A program made the position numbers and the translations under genes. Positions 12,129 through 24,314 of a stretch of DNA of 64,000 nt are shown here, piece after piece. The stretch's first letter is position 1. Every line of letters starts with the position of its first letter. This DNA comes from Squalus acanthias. Lineage: Eukaryota. The stretch is taken from assembly GCA_030390025.1 (NCBI GenBank), contig CM059432.1, forward strand, positions 82,338,001-82,402,000, read 5' to 3'. The notes under the pieces were generated by a model. The model made no database searches. It saw only the letters and a list, made by a program, of their open reading frames with translations, and had not been told where the DNA came from.

Positions 12129-14103
12129 GGCCATGAAATTCAGCCCATCAGCACTGGCTGATAAAGCTGGTTTGGATGAAAAAAATGGCGGCTGCCTCAC
12201 TTCCGCCACCTTCCGACGCGGAATGCAGCGGCCACCATTTTGGGCAGGTTGGCAACGCTGCCGTTGCTTGCGCTCGCTCCAGATATGGAAATTAGTCAGA
12301 TCGTGACATCAATCAGCGTGCAACGCTGAATTGACGCATGACCTGCTATTTTGAACATCGCCTGCTCCTTTTAATGCCCTCTCAAAGCAGGCACAGCAGA
12401 ACATGTGTGCAGTAGTACGATGGACCCCCTACCAGCGCTTCTTAAAGGGACACAGGCAACTTTCAGGTAAGTTTAGATTTTTGCTTTTGTACTGGTTTCT
12501 TTACATTTTATTGGAGTAGTGGCTTGGTGTAAGACATTTAAAAAGTTGTTAATGTGTGCAGGGAGTGCAGGAAATGCTGCTGGACGTTTGCAAGACTTTG
12601 GCTCTTAAAGAAAGACCTCTGTGAACACCACTTGCTCCCAGTCCTGGGGGCTCTTGTTGCAGTCAACCTTGGGCTGCAGCATGACATGGAGATGGAGTAG
12701 AGGCAGCAAAGGGGACAAGCTGCTGCAGAGGGAGGAGGAAGAGGAGGAGGAGAAGGAAGAAGCAGACGAGGAGGAAGCAGAGAGGAGGAAGCAGAAGAGG
12801 AGGAAGCAGCAGGAAGGAGGTAACCCAGACAGCCCCTTTCTGGCCGGGATATCCAGGATCGAATCATCTACCTGCGGTACCATTGAACACAACCCCAATT
12901 CCCCTTTCAACATTAGTCCCACACCTTACCTTCCCTCTGTTACTGACCATCACAGCAGTCCTCTTGGCCACGATGCTGGAATAAAAGTCACCACAAAGCA
13001 AACATTCCAACCCAACTTTATACATCTATCCATCCAATATGACATCAAGAAATCAACTCATCACTGTTATGCATTCCCTTAGTGACTGTCTTGTGTGTGC
13101 CTTTGCTTATCCTACTGATGTCACACAGTGCTACCCCAGTGGCTGCAGCAGGGCTGGTGGAAGGCTGCTGATTTCAGTGGGGGACACTGCAAATGGCCTT
13201 GCAGGACGGCCTCGAGGAGCTGGTGGCTGGGAGAGTGAAATCGAGTGACAGCGTTTCTTCTTCACTTTTCTCTCCCTCTTCTTGGTCAACCACTGGTTGG
13301 GCAGGCTGGATTTCTTGGAAATGAGAAAGGCACAAGGGTAGGGTTGTGGTGAAAGAGAGTGGTAATGCAAAAGGTGCAGCTCGTAAATCAGAAGATATTG
13401 TGGGATGAGGATGATGTGGGATGTGAGAAGGAGGATAATGTATGAGGATACCGGCATCTTGTATTCTTTCAGCCCCGCCACTGGCCAAGGGCTCAGCCAT
13501 GTCCCTGCCAGGAATGGCCAGCACCGTCTCCTCCAAGTGGGTGAGGTGAACTAGGAATGCGAGATGTGCCTCGTGTTTGGTAGAGATTGTTGGTAGGTGA
13601 GTGGTGGGGGGCGCGGTCGTGCATTCATCAGTGTGTGAGGCTAGTGGTGCAGTTGGTAGGAGACGGCTTTTGAAGATGCATTCACTAATGTTGACCACTC
13701 GTCTTTGGGCACTGGAGCCAGGTCCTGGGGGCGACACTGCTGGCAGTGACTGCCTCGGCGATCTGGTCCCACATCCTTCTTTCTGGAGGGCCTCCTGGCC
13801 CCCTGTGGGTAGAGGACCTTTCTTCCAGTGTTCATCCCTGCACAAAGCTCGAGTGGTGCGTCCAAGACCCTGGGTGCTCTATCCCTGGCCTGTTGAGCCA
13901 TTTGGGTTGGTGCTGAAGCACTTTTACCATTTTTGATCAGTAGAAGGCAGCTCACCTTTAAGAGGCCCAGACTAGCTTTACTTAAAGCTAGCCTCACTCA
14001 AACTTCAAAGTTGACCTGCTGCCTGCACTCCTTGAACGGTCGCGGGCATATCGCACATCGTGGTGCCTGTGCCCGTTTTTCAGCGCTATGGAATTTCACC
14101 TCC
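12129..14103. mobile_element. Internally deleted Harbinger element
   Basis: TIRs GGCCATGAAATTC / GAATTTCACCTCC with flanks ACA/ACT. Holds the acidic transposase tail (about 12730-12820) and minus-strand Myb exon relics similar to those in 51518-55461. Confidence 0.7.
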
Positions 14104-14292
14104 ACTGTGTCTAAAGTACTGAACTAACATCTTTTGACTTTTGAAGCCATGACGCAGAATCATAGAAATTTACGGCACAGAAGGTGGCCATTTGACCCAT
14201 CGTGTCTTTGCCAGCAGAAAAAGAGCTATCCAGCCTAATCCCAATTTTTGTATCATCTGCAAACTGCTTAATCATGAAAGACCATTGAAAGT

Positions 14293-14605
14293 CGGAGGTG
14301 CTGTCTTTCAGTTGAGGTTTTAAACCCTCTAAGGTGGACAGAAAAGAACCCATGGCACTATTTCGAAGAAGAGCAGGGGAGTTGTCCCCTGTGTTCTGGC
14401 CAATATTTGTCCTCAATCAACATCACAAAAACAGATTATCTGGTCATTATCACATTGCTGTTTGTGGGAGCTTGCTGTGCGCAAATTGGCCCTATGTTTC
14501 CTGCATTACAACAGTGACTACACTTCAAAAGTACCTCACTGGCTGTAAAGCACTTTGGGACGTCCTGAGGTTGTGGAAGGCGCTATATCAATGCAAGTCT
14601 TTCTA
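14293..14605 (+). mobile_element. DeuSINE (SacSINE1/AmnSINE1-like), 5'-truncated
   Basis: Matches the 3' two-thirds of the full copy at 60669-61135. Confidence 0.8.
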
Positions 14606-14664
14606 TTTTTTTTCTTTACAGTTCATAAATTCGGTTAATTTCTGGTTAAATTCTAACCTGTATG

Positions 14665-16162
14665 TGTAAAGGAATGAGCCAAACCTATTCAGAAAAATAC
14701 ACCATCCTATAAACAGAATTTTGATTTTATTAAAACATGACAAACTGGGGTTAAAAATCTAAAAGCCTCAACAACACAAGCCGTAAACAGAAATACAGGC
14801 TTCTGAGATGAGATGAAGTGTTAACACAAATGTTGTAAACACCAGACAGGCTTTTGAGATAAAGAATGGTTGTAAATACTAAGACAATGACCTCATTGAA
14901 ACAGAGGGTTGTAGGTTCCAAGGAGTCTGCAGTTTGGAACAACACAATACCATTACCCAGTTTAAAGTGTTAAAAACTAACACGTCGAACAAGAAACACA
15001 GAACATTAAAAAAACAAGTGCCTTTGAAAAAATGACATCAAGTAAAAGAAATACCTGCTGTAAAATAGTTTTATGTTAAACTTAGAACAAGGAGACATAA
15101 TTCTTAATACAACCAATTGAAATAGATAAGAAATGCAAAGAACACCCTAGATGAAGCGTTTTTAATTTACAAGTTGTAAAAGATACCTACAGATGGCTTT
15201 GAAAATATTACATCAATAGATGCATCAAGCAATCACATTGTTTGTGTGTTGAACTTGGAACAGTTGGGAGACGCGAGGTCTGGAATGCAAGCGGCTAAAG
15301 GGAGTTAAGAATTCAATAGAAAGACTTCCTAAGAATAGCATCAAATAGATAAATCGATAATAACCATAAAAATGATAAGTTTTTGAAACACCTATACAGC
15401 AGACAGGATTCTGAGAGTTAGCAGCTGGGTTGACAGTAAGAATAGAAAGAAGTCAACAGAAATATGGCTATAGATAATTAGCTTACATCAGCAGAAAACT
15501 TCAAAGAATAAACCACTAAAAAAAGGTATAAAAATAGAGCTTTTCAGATAGAGAGTCAGAAGTCGCTGGGAAGGGGCAGAGCGATTCTCGCCTTCAGAAC
15601 CACTCTGTAGGCCTACAACTCTGAGTCTCGGGTAATCAAGGTATTTGATTTTGGTGGATATTCTGGATTAAGAAATAAGTAGAAGTGTGGAAATGTAACG
15701 AAGTTAAGATTTGAGAATAAGGATCTCTGATAAGAAATGTAAGCTATTTGTATTTTGGACTGTTAAAGTTGCGATGAAATCAACAGCTGTTAAACTACAT
15801 GTCGGTTCCTTAATAAATCGATATATTTTTAAAATTGTCTCACAGAGTATTTCTGTATCAACTCGCGAACTCAATTTCTGTACACTCTTCTGTAAGGAGT
15901 TGCAGAATTCTGGGGGGTTTTCTGGACCCTCATAATATCTGGAAGGTTACAGTCTAGTTAAACTTGTTAAAAGTGCTATCCGGAGGACGGTAACATCTTC
16001 AGGCCGTTAATTCCTTTAGGGAGAGATAGTCTTGAACCTTTAGACCCAATTAAGCATCTCTAGGATTCGGCTACCGCTAACTTTAGTTGAAGGTGAACGT
16101 CTGGGGAATACGCCTGATCTGGGGTAGCCCGAAAAGGGCTAGGACTTGTAATTATCTCTTCA
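14665..16162 (+). mobile_element. Solo LTR, 1498 bp (ERV/Gypsy-like)
   Basis: TG...CA termini and TATG 4-bp TSD (14661-64, 16163-66). TATA-like GGTATAAAA near 15526 and AATAAA near 15812. Homologous to 18368-19681. Confidence 0.85.
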
Positions 16163-16849
16163 TATGGAGAGGTTATTTTTAAGATTCAAAGGATGGCGTG
16201 GATGGTCCTTGCTGCTCTGATGGATTTCGTTGTTACGAGTAAGGAAGGAGATACCAGGGGTGCCTGAATAGTTCTCTTATCAATGACAATTGGCGGTGCA
16301 AGCTGTGCCGACATTTATCTTGATGACGACATGAAGGCAAATAAATTAACGTTCATCAATTGTGGTAAATTGTTTGAACTGCAGACTCATTTTAAAGGAT
16401 AAAGGCAAGATCCCAGAGGTAACAAAACTAAATTGGACCAGGATGAAGCAACGAAATCTGCGAAACAAGGCAAAGGCCCAAATAATGGACTGATAGTGAT
16501 TTGCGATTCGGAAGTTTTCCTACTCTATTAAATTTTTCTTTGGTATCTTTGCCTTCCAATTTATGTAATTGTATGTATGTAAAATTTAATCATGCGCTGT
16601 TAAGAGAAATGGTACACTATTTTACTACGCACAATTCGAGAAGAAAATCAGGTGAATTGACATAAAGTGAATGTGGGAACATGCTAAAACAATGCGCAAG
16701 TAATTAGGAAGTGATTGCCCATTTGGTACTGTGCATGCGCACTCGATTCGGTCAAGTAAGCGCAGTACCAAACGATGCGGTGGCTGCGGCCTGCTTTCCT
16801 CGGCTCCCTGTGGAGAAGGTCAGGTGATCAGATGGGGTGGGGAGGAAAA

Positions 16850-17641
16850 GGAGAGTGGATCGAAGGGGGGAGAGAGGGAGGTGAGGGGATCGGATGGGGG
16901 GGAAGTGGAGAGGGGATCAAAGGGGGGAGAGGAGAGCGGATCGAAGTGGGGAGAGAGGAGAGAGGATCGAAAGGGGAAGAGGAGAGAGGATCAAATGGGG
17001 AGAGGAGAGAGGATCGAAAGGGGGAGAGGAGAGAGGATCAAATGGGGGAGAGGAGAGAGGATCAAAGGGGGGAGAGGAGAGCGGATCGAAGTGGGGAGAG
17101 AGGAGAGAGGATCAAATGGGGGAGAGGAGAGAGGATCAAATGGGGGAGAGGAGAGAGGATCGAAAGGGGGAGAGGAGAGAGGATCAAATGGGAGAGAGGA
17201 TCAAAGGGGGGAGGGGAGAGCGGATCGAAGTGGGGAGAGGAGAGAGAATCAAATGGGGGAGAGGAGAGAGGATCAAATGGGGGAGAGGAGAGAGGATCGA
17301 ATGGGGGAGAGGAGAGAAGATCAAAGGGGGGAGAGGAGAGAGGATCAACTGGGGGAGAGGAGAGAGGATCAAATGGGGGAGAGGAGAGAGGATCGAAAGG
17401 GGGAGAGGAGAGAGGATCGAAAGGGGGAGAGGAGAGAGGATCGAAAGGGGGAGAGGAGAGCGGATTGAAAGGGGGAGAGGAGAGAGGATCGAAAGGGGGA
17501 GAGGAGAGAGGATCAAATGGGGGAGAGGAGAGAGGATCGAAAGGGGGAGAGGAGAGAGGATCGAAAGGGGGAGAGGAGAGAGGATCGAAAGGGGGAGAGG
17601 AGAGAGGATCGAAAGGGGGAGAGGAGAGCGGATCGAAAGGG
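16850..17641 (+). repeat. 24-bp purine-rich minisatellite (GGGGGAGAGGAGAGAGGATCGAAA), about 30 units
   Basis: Direct tandem periodicity, embedded in a GC/CpG-richer segment (about 16690-17810) that looks MITE-like. Confidence 0.95.
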
Positions 17642-17883
17642 GTAGCCTTGGGGAGTGCCCGAATTTGTTTCTAATTGCCGATGGCACAACGCCGGGCCAG
17701 GGGTGGCAGTGGGCCCGAAAACTTCCCGGGTTAGTGTTGCCGATGATGTTTTTATTCCTATTTCTGTTAATAAAACGCACAAAGCTCAAGCTTGAGAGTG
17801 CGAGTAATCAAAGGAGGAACGATGCTCAGAGGAGACTGAGAATGAGGCATATTTCCAACAGCGGCAGAGGAAACTGATATTGG

Positions 17884-19985
17884 TTGGGGAAATGGTGGAC
17901 AAGGAAAAACAGACAGGTAGAGTATTATTTAAATGGTGCTAGATTGGGAAATGCTGATGTACAAAGGGACCTGGGTGTTCTTGTACACCAGTCACTGAAA
18001 GCAAACATGTTAGGAAGGCAAATGGTATGTTGGCCTTCATTGCAAGAGGATTTGAGTACAGGAGCAAGGATGTCTTACTACAGTTATACAGGGCCTTGGT
18101 GAGACCACACCTGGAGTACTGTGTGCAGTTTTGGTCTCCTTGCCTAAGAAAGGATATACTTGCCATAGAGGGAGTGCAGCGAAGGTTTACCAGACTGATT
18201 CCTGGGATGGCAGGACTGTCGTATGAGGAGAGATTGGGTCGACTAGGCCTGTATTCACTAGAGTTTAGAAGAATGAGAGGGGATCTCATTGAAACATATA
18301 AAATTCTGACAGGGCTAGACAGACTGGATGCAGGGAGGATGTTTCCCCTGGCTGGGGGGTCTAGAACTGAAGGGATAATTACTAGTCCTAGCCCCTTTAG
18401 GGCTACCCCAGATCAGGCGTATTCCCCAGACGTTCACTTTCAACTAAAGTTTGAGGTAGCCGAATCCTAAAGATGCTTAATTGGGTCTAAAGGTCTGGAC
18501 CATCTCTCCCTAAAGGAAAGGAACAACCTAAAGATGTTACCGTCCTCCAGATAGCACTTTTAATAAGTTTAATTGGACTGTAACGTTCCGGATATTATGA
18601 GGGTCCGGAAAACTCCCCCAGAATTCTGCAACTCCTCACCAAAGAGTGTGCAGAAATTGAGTTTGTGAGTTTGATGCAGAAGTATTATGTGAGACAATTC
18701 TAAAAATATATAGATTTATTAAAGAACCGACATGTAATTTACAGTTGGTGATTCAATCGCAACATTAACAGTTCCAAAAACAGAAAGCTTACAATTCTAT
18801 CAGAGATCCTTACTCTCAAATCTTAACTTCGCTAGTTTTACAGTTCTTAGTTTATTCAGAATATCCACCAAAATCAAATACAGTACCTTGATCCCCGAGA
18901 TACAAAGAGTTATAGACTCACAGAGCCGCCTCTAAAGCCTGAGAATCGCTTTGCCCCTTTACAGCGAATCTATGATCCCATTTGAGAGCTCAATATTTAT
19001 ACCCTTTTCCAGTGGTATTCCTTTAAGGTTTTCTGCTGATGTAAGCTAATTATCTCAAGTCATTTTTCTGCTGACTTCTGCAATTCTTACAGTCACTTCA
19101 GCTGGTAGCAATACAGAATTATGTCTCTACCCTAGGTGTCCTAAGCTTACCATAAAAACGGTGTGACAGCAGGTGTTTCTATTTGATGTCATTTTTACTA
19201 AAGCCTTCTGTTTGTGCTCTTGCAATTAGAACACCTTAACTAGGGTGATCTATGCAATTCTTAGTCACCTCAGCTGGTTGCAATACAGAATTATGTCTCC
19301 TGTGTAGGTGTCTTAAGCTTAACACAAAAACGGTGCGACGGCAGGTGTTTCTTTTACTTGATGTCATTTTTACGAAGGCATATGTTTCTTAATTTTATGT
19401 GCCTGTTTACGAAGTGTAAATTACAACACCTTATACAGGGTGAACCATTGTCTGCTCCCAAAGATTCAGACCATCAACCTTCCGCTTCAATAAGTTTATT
19501 GATTCAGTTATTGATTCAGTATCAACAACTATCTTATCTCAATAGCCTGTATGCTGTTATAGCTTTAGAGTGTTGAGGGTTCCAGATTTCCAAACCCAGT
19601 TTGTCATGTTTTAATAAGGCCAGAATTCTTTCATAGAATGGTGTATTTTTCTGAATAGGTTATATGGCTTATTCCTTCACAGAACGAGGGGTCAGTCTCA
19701 GGATTCGGGGTAGGACATTTAGGACTGAGATGAGGAGAAATGTCTTCACTCAGAGGGTGGTGAACCTGTGGAATTCTCTACCACAGAAGGCTGTGAAGGC
19801 CAAGTCACTGAATATATTTAAGAAGGAGATAGATAGATTTTTAGACACAAAAGGCATCAAGGGGTATGGGGAGAGAGCGGGAATGTGGTATTGAGATAGA
19901 GGATCAGCCATGATCATATTGAATGGCGGAGCAGGCTCAAAGGGCCGAATAGCCTACTCCTGCTCCTATTTTTCTATGTTTCTAT
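17884..19985 (+). mobile_element. CR1 LINE 3' portion, split by a solo LTR
   Basis: Peptides MLAFIARGFEYRSKDVLLQLYRALVRPHLEYC...GSR|...SLRIRGRTFRTEMRRN resume after 19681. TTCTATG tail at about 19972-19986. Confidence 0.9.
18368..19681 (-). mobile_element. Solo LTR, 1314 bp, same family as 14665-16162
   Basis: TG...CA termini and GAAC 4-bp TSD (18364-67, 19682-85). Inserted in CR1 ORF2. Confidence 0.88.
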
Positions 19986-20629
19986 CCGTGCGTTTACCCC
20001 AAATATTGTAGCTCTGTAACCAGGGCTCAAAAGAACAAGAGAATAACGATTCAAAGCGGCTCTTTGGCAGTGCTGTTTTTCCAGCCTCACTATCTTATGC
20101 AGTCATAACTGAAACCCAACAGGAGTTTGTAATCCCAGTCAGATCCGCAATATCAGAGAGGAGAGGGGATTGAAGGGGGAAAGAGTAGCTCGCAGGGGAG
20201 AGAGGAGCTCAAAGCTGGGGGTGGGGGAGGGGGGCGGAAGAAGGTCAGGAACTTGGGGGGAGGTCAGAAACTCGGGGAGGCAGGGGAGAAGGTCAGGAGC
20301 TCGGGGAGAGAAGGTTTGGAACTTGTTGGGGGGGGGGAGCAGGATGAGAATAATGGGGAGGGGGGGAAGAGAGCAAGAATGTGATCAAGATGGGAAGATA
20401 GATCACGTTCTCCAGCCCTCTGTTAGGCCTGGATCACATTCTTCCACCCCCACCCCCTTTACACCTGCACCACGCTCTCCCTCTCCTCCCCATCCTAGAC
20501 CGCAGTGGTTCAAGAAAGCAGTTCACTACCACCCTCTCAAGGGCAATTAGGGATGGGCAATAAATTAATTAATTTTTAAAAATGAGAGCGTATTCCATGT
20601 TGGTCCAACAACATATATAACATTACATT

Positions 20630-21040
20630 TATGTGTTATTTGCCGGACTCGACTATTCCAATGTTCTCCTGGTCAGCCTCCCATCTTCCACCCTCAATAA
20701 ACTTGAGCTCATCCAAAACTCTGCTGCACGTATCCTAACACGCAGCAAGTCCCATTCACCCATCACCCCATGCTCGTTGAATTACATTGGCTCTTGGTCC
20801 ACCAACAACGTTCCGCTAAGCTGCACAGCCGCGCAACTGTCTGGAGACCCCGCGCAGGCCACTGACCAGCTTTTGAATGGGAGATTTTGCACATGCGTGA
20901 AATTTTAAATAGGCCGCGCAGCCCATTAAAGGGACCATGCACAAAAGAAATTAGGGGGAACATTGTCCACCAACACCTTGATTTTAAAATTCTCATCCTC
21001 ATGTTAAAATCTCTCACTGTCTCACCCTTTCCTATCTGAA
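20630..21040 (+). mobile_element. L2-type LINE RT C-terminal fragment
   Basis: Peptide LDYSNVLLVSLPSSTLNKLELIQNSAARILTR...HSPITP, continuing as FKILILMLKSL after the hAT insertion. Confidence 0.7.
20806..20965. mobile_element. hAT-type MITE, 160 bp
   Basis: TIRs CAACGTTCCGCTAA / TTAGGGGGAACATTG and a perfect 8-bp TSD TCCACCAA. Confidence 0.85.
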
Positions 21041-21304
21041 CTCAGCAGTTTGAATGCTGTGAGTGCTCCTAATCCGGGAGGGTGAGCCCTGTCTGTTCTC
21101 CGAAAGCAGTAGTGTTAACACTGTGAGCTCTGGAGCCTGGCTGTCACAATGAATAGATCAAATTACACATTGCAAAGATCTTGATTACTCCAGCAGGCAG
21201 GATCAAATTACACATTGCAGACAAACGATTAGGTGTGTCTTGTCCTTCAAGGGGATCAATCAGAAATCTGGGCTTGTCCTGCACGGGGACCAATCAGAAA
21301 TTTA

Positions 21305-22062
21305 GGGCTGGATTTTGTCTTGGGGTCGGGTTGGGGTCGTGTAATCCGCATTTCGTGTTTCCCCCCCGACTCCAGATTAATGTGGATGAATGATGCAATT
21401 TTCACTTAATTGGGCAATTGAGTTCCAGCATGTGGGAACCCATGAAACAATTAGTGGTTTCAGTCTGAAAGTCGCCTCTGATGATGTCATCATTGCTGAC
21501 TGCCTAGTCTCAGAGACTGTTGGTGAGAGAGGACCTGCCTGGCTTGCTTTTGATGTGAGTGGACCTGGATGCAAAATATGGGGAGGGGAGGAGAGAGAGA
21601 GAGAGAGAGAGAGAGAATTTTTTTTTGCATCCAAGTCCTCTCACAGCAAAGGCCAGGCAGTCTCTGAACACATTCAATGCAGCAGTGGCGACTTTCAGAC
21701 CTAATACTACTACTACCTTCATCACATCTCCGTTGTAATAGTGGACCTGCAGCTGATAGTCAGCTATCCACTTGTGCTCCCGCCAGGTTTCACTGGAGTG
21801 TTTCACATCAGGCGTACTTCACGTCAGAAAAGGGTTAAACTAGCTAAAACGTTTCAAAATGGCATTACAGAGCCAATTTAGAGCTTGTTAAGGGCTTTAA
21901 TGGCCTCTCCCGCCTCTTGGAGGCGGAACAGAGTCGGGAACCCCGCGACTGATTTTGTCAAAATTGCGTGGAGGCGGGATGGGGTCGGAAACCCCGACCC
22001 CGCAAATTTAACCCCCCACACGCCTCCAAACCCGACTCCATGGGTCATTCAAAATCCAGCCC
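21305..22062. mobile_element. Harbinger-type MITE (family B, copy 1)
   Basis: TIR GGGCTGGATTTT at both ends and TTA TSD. An inverted, highly similar copy lies at 30297-31040. Confidence 0.88.
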
Positions 22063-22274
22063 TTAGTGTTGCAAATAGACACAACCAAGTAATTAAAGAG
22101 TCTGTTTAAAGGAATAAATAGGCAGACCGGGGAACAACAAATACTATTAAGAACAACTGATCTCAAAGGTAGTATGCATGGTGGTTTTTTCTAATTAAAT
22201 CTGATCCAAAAAGGGGTTAAATGATACAGAAACAATCGGAAACTAAATTTTATATTGGGCGAATAAATGAGAAT

Positions 22275-24314
22275 CGGGAGCCCAGGAGAGCGCGAGAGTT
22301 CGGCAGTACAAAATACAGCGGGAGCCTCAGAGAGCGCGAGAGTTCGGCGGTACTAAACACAGCGGGAGCCTCAGAGAGCGCGAGAGTTCGGTGGTACTAA
22401 ACACAGCGGGAGCCCAGGAGAGCGCGAGAGTTCGGTGGTACAAAACACAGCGGGAGCCCAGGAGAACGCGAGAGTTCGGCGGTACTAAACACAGCGGGAG
22501 CCCAGGAGAGCGCGAGAGTTCGGCGGTACAAAACACAGCGGGAGCCCAGGAGAACGTGAGAGTTCGGCGGTACTAAACACAGCGGGAGCCCAGGAGAGCG
22601 CGAGAGTTCGGCGGTACAAAACACAGCGGGAGCCCAGGAGAGCGCGAGAGTTCGGCGGTACAAAACACAGTGGGAGCCCAGGAGAGCGCGAGAGTTCGGC
22701 GGTACAAAACACAGCGGGAGCCCAGGAGAACGCGAGAGTTCGGTGGTACAAAACACAGCGGGAGCCTCAGAGAGCGCGAGAGTTCGGTGGTACAAAACAC
22801 AGCGGGAGCCCAGGCGAGCGCGAGAGTTCGGCGGTACAAAACACAGCGGGAGCCCAGGAGAACGCGAGAGTTCGGTGGTACAAAACACAGCGGGAGCCTC
22901 AGAGAGCGCGAGAGTTCGGTGGTACAAAACACAGCGGGAGCCTCAGAGAGCGCGAGAGTTCGGTGGTACAAAACACAGCGGGAGCCTCGGAGAGAGCGAG
23001 AGTTCGGCGGTACAAAACACAGCGGGAGCCCAGGAGAGCGCGAGAGTTCGGTGGTACTAAACACAGCGGGGGCCCAGGAGAGCGCGAGAGTTCGGCGGTA
23101 CTAAACACAGCGGGAGCCCAGGAGAGCGCGAGAGTTCGGTGGTACTAAACACAGTGGGAGCCTCAGAGAGCGAGAGTTCGGTGGTACAAAACACAGCGGG
23201 GGCCCAGGAGAGCGCGAGAGTTCGGCGGTACAAAACACAGCGGGGGCCCAGGAGAGCGCGAGAGTTCGGCGGTACAAAACACAGCGGGAGCCTCAGAGAG
23301 CGCGAGAGTTCGGCGATACAAAACACAGCGGGAGCCCAGGAGAGCGCAAGAGTTCAGTGGTACAAAACACAGCGGGAGCCCAGGAGAGAGCGAGAGTTCG
23401 GCGGTACAAAACACAGCGGGAGCCCAGGAGAACGCGAGAGTTCGGTGGTACTAAACACAGCGGGAGCCCAGGAGAGCGCGAGAGTTCGGTGGTACTAAAC
23501 ACAGCGGGAGCCCAGGAGAGCGCGAGAGTTCGGTGGTACTAAACACAGCGGGAGCCCAGGAGAGTGCGAGAGTTCAGCGGTACTAAACACAGCGGGAGCC
23601 CAGGAGAGCGCGAGAGTTCAGCGGTACTAAACACAGCGGGAGCCCAGGAGAGCGTGTGAGTTCGGCCTTACTAAACACAGCGGGAGCCTCGGAGAGAGCG
23701 AGAGTTCGGCGGTACTAAACACAGCGGGAGCCTCGGAGAGAGCGAGAGTTCAGCGGTACTAAACACAGCAGGAGCCCAGGAGAGCGTGAGAGTTCGGCAG
23801 TACTAAACACAGCGGGAGCCCAGGAGAGCGTGAGAGTTCAGCGGTACTAAACACAGCGGGAGCCCAGGAGAGCGCGAGAGTTCGCCGGTACTAAACACAG
23901 CGGGAGCCTCAGAGAGCGCGAGAGTTCGGTGGTACAAAACACAGCGGGAGCCTCAGAGAGAGCGAGAGTTCGGCGGTACAAAACACAGCGGGAGCCCAGG
24001 AGAGAGCGAGAGTTCGGTGGTACAAAACACAGCCGGAGCCCAGGAGAGAGCGAGAGTTCGGTGGTACAAAACACAGCGGGAGCCTCAGAGAGAGCGAGAG
24101 TTCGGCGGTACAAAACACAGCGGGAGCCTCGGAGAGAGCGAGAGTTCGGCGGTACAAAACACAGCGGGAGCCCAGGAGAGCGCGAGAGTTCGGCGGTACT
24201 GAACACAGCGGGAGCCCGGGAGAGCGCGAGAGTTTGGCGGTACTAAACACAGCGGGAGCCCAGGAGAACGCGAGAGTTCGGCGGTACTAAACACAGCGGG
24301 AGCCCAGGAGAGCG
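22275..24314 (+). repeat. 44-bp CpG-rich tandem array, about 46 units, at the 5' end of a CR1
   Basis: Unit CGGGAGCCCAGGAGAGCGCGAGAGTTCGGCGGTACTAAACACAG. It runs directly into the sequence upstream of CR1 ORF1. Confidence 0.95.

Noticed and set aside
13174..13845. 223-aa ORF as a gene
   Set aside because: It reads through decayed Myb exons and introns of a deleted Harbinger, and the conserved Myb motif is disrupted.
14665..19681. Single element with long terminal inverted repeats (DIRS- or Polinton-like)
   Set aside because: Each repeat has its own distinct 4-bp TSD and TG...CA ends, and the interval holds no recombinase or polymerase sequence.
22275..24314. CRISPR-like array
   Set aside because: The units are contiguous with no unique spacers, there are no cas genes, and the context is a vertebrate intron. 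The same applies to 36603-38465.
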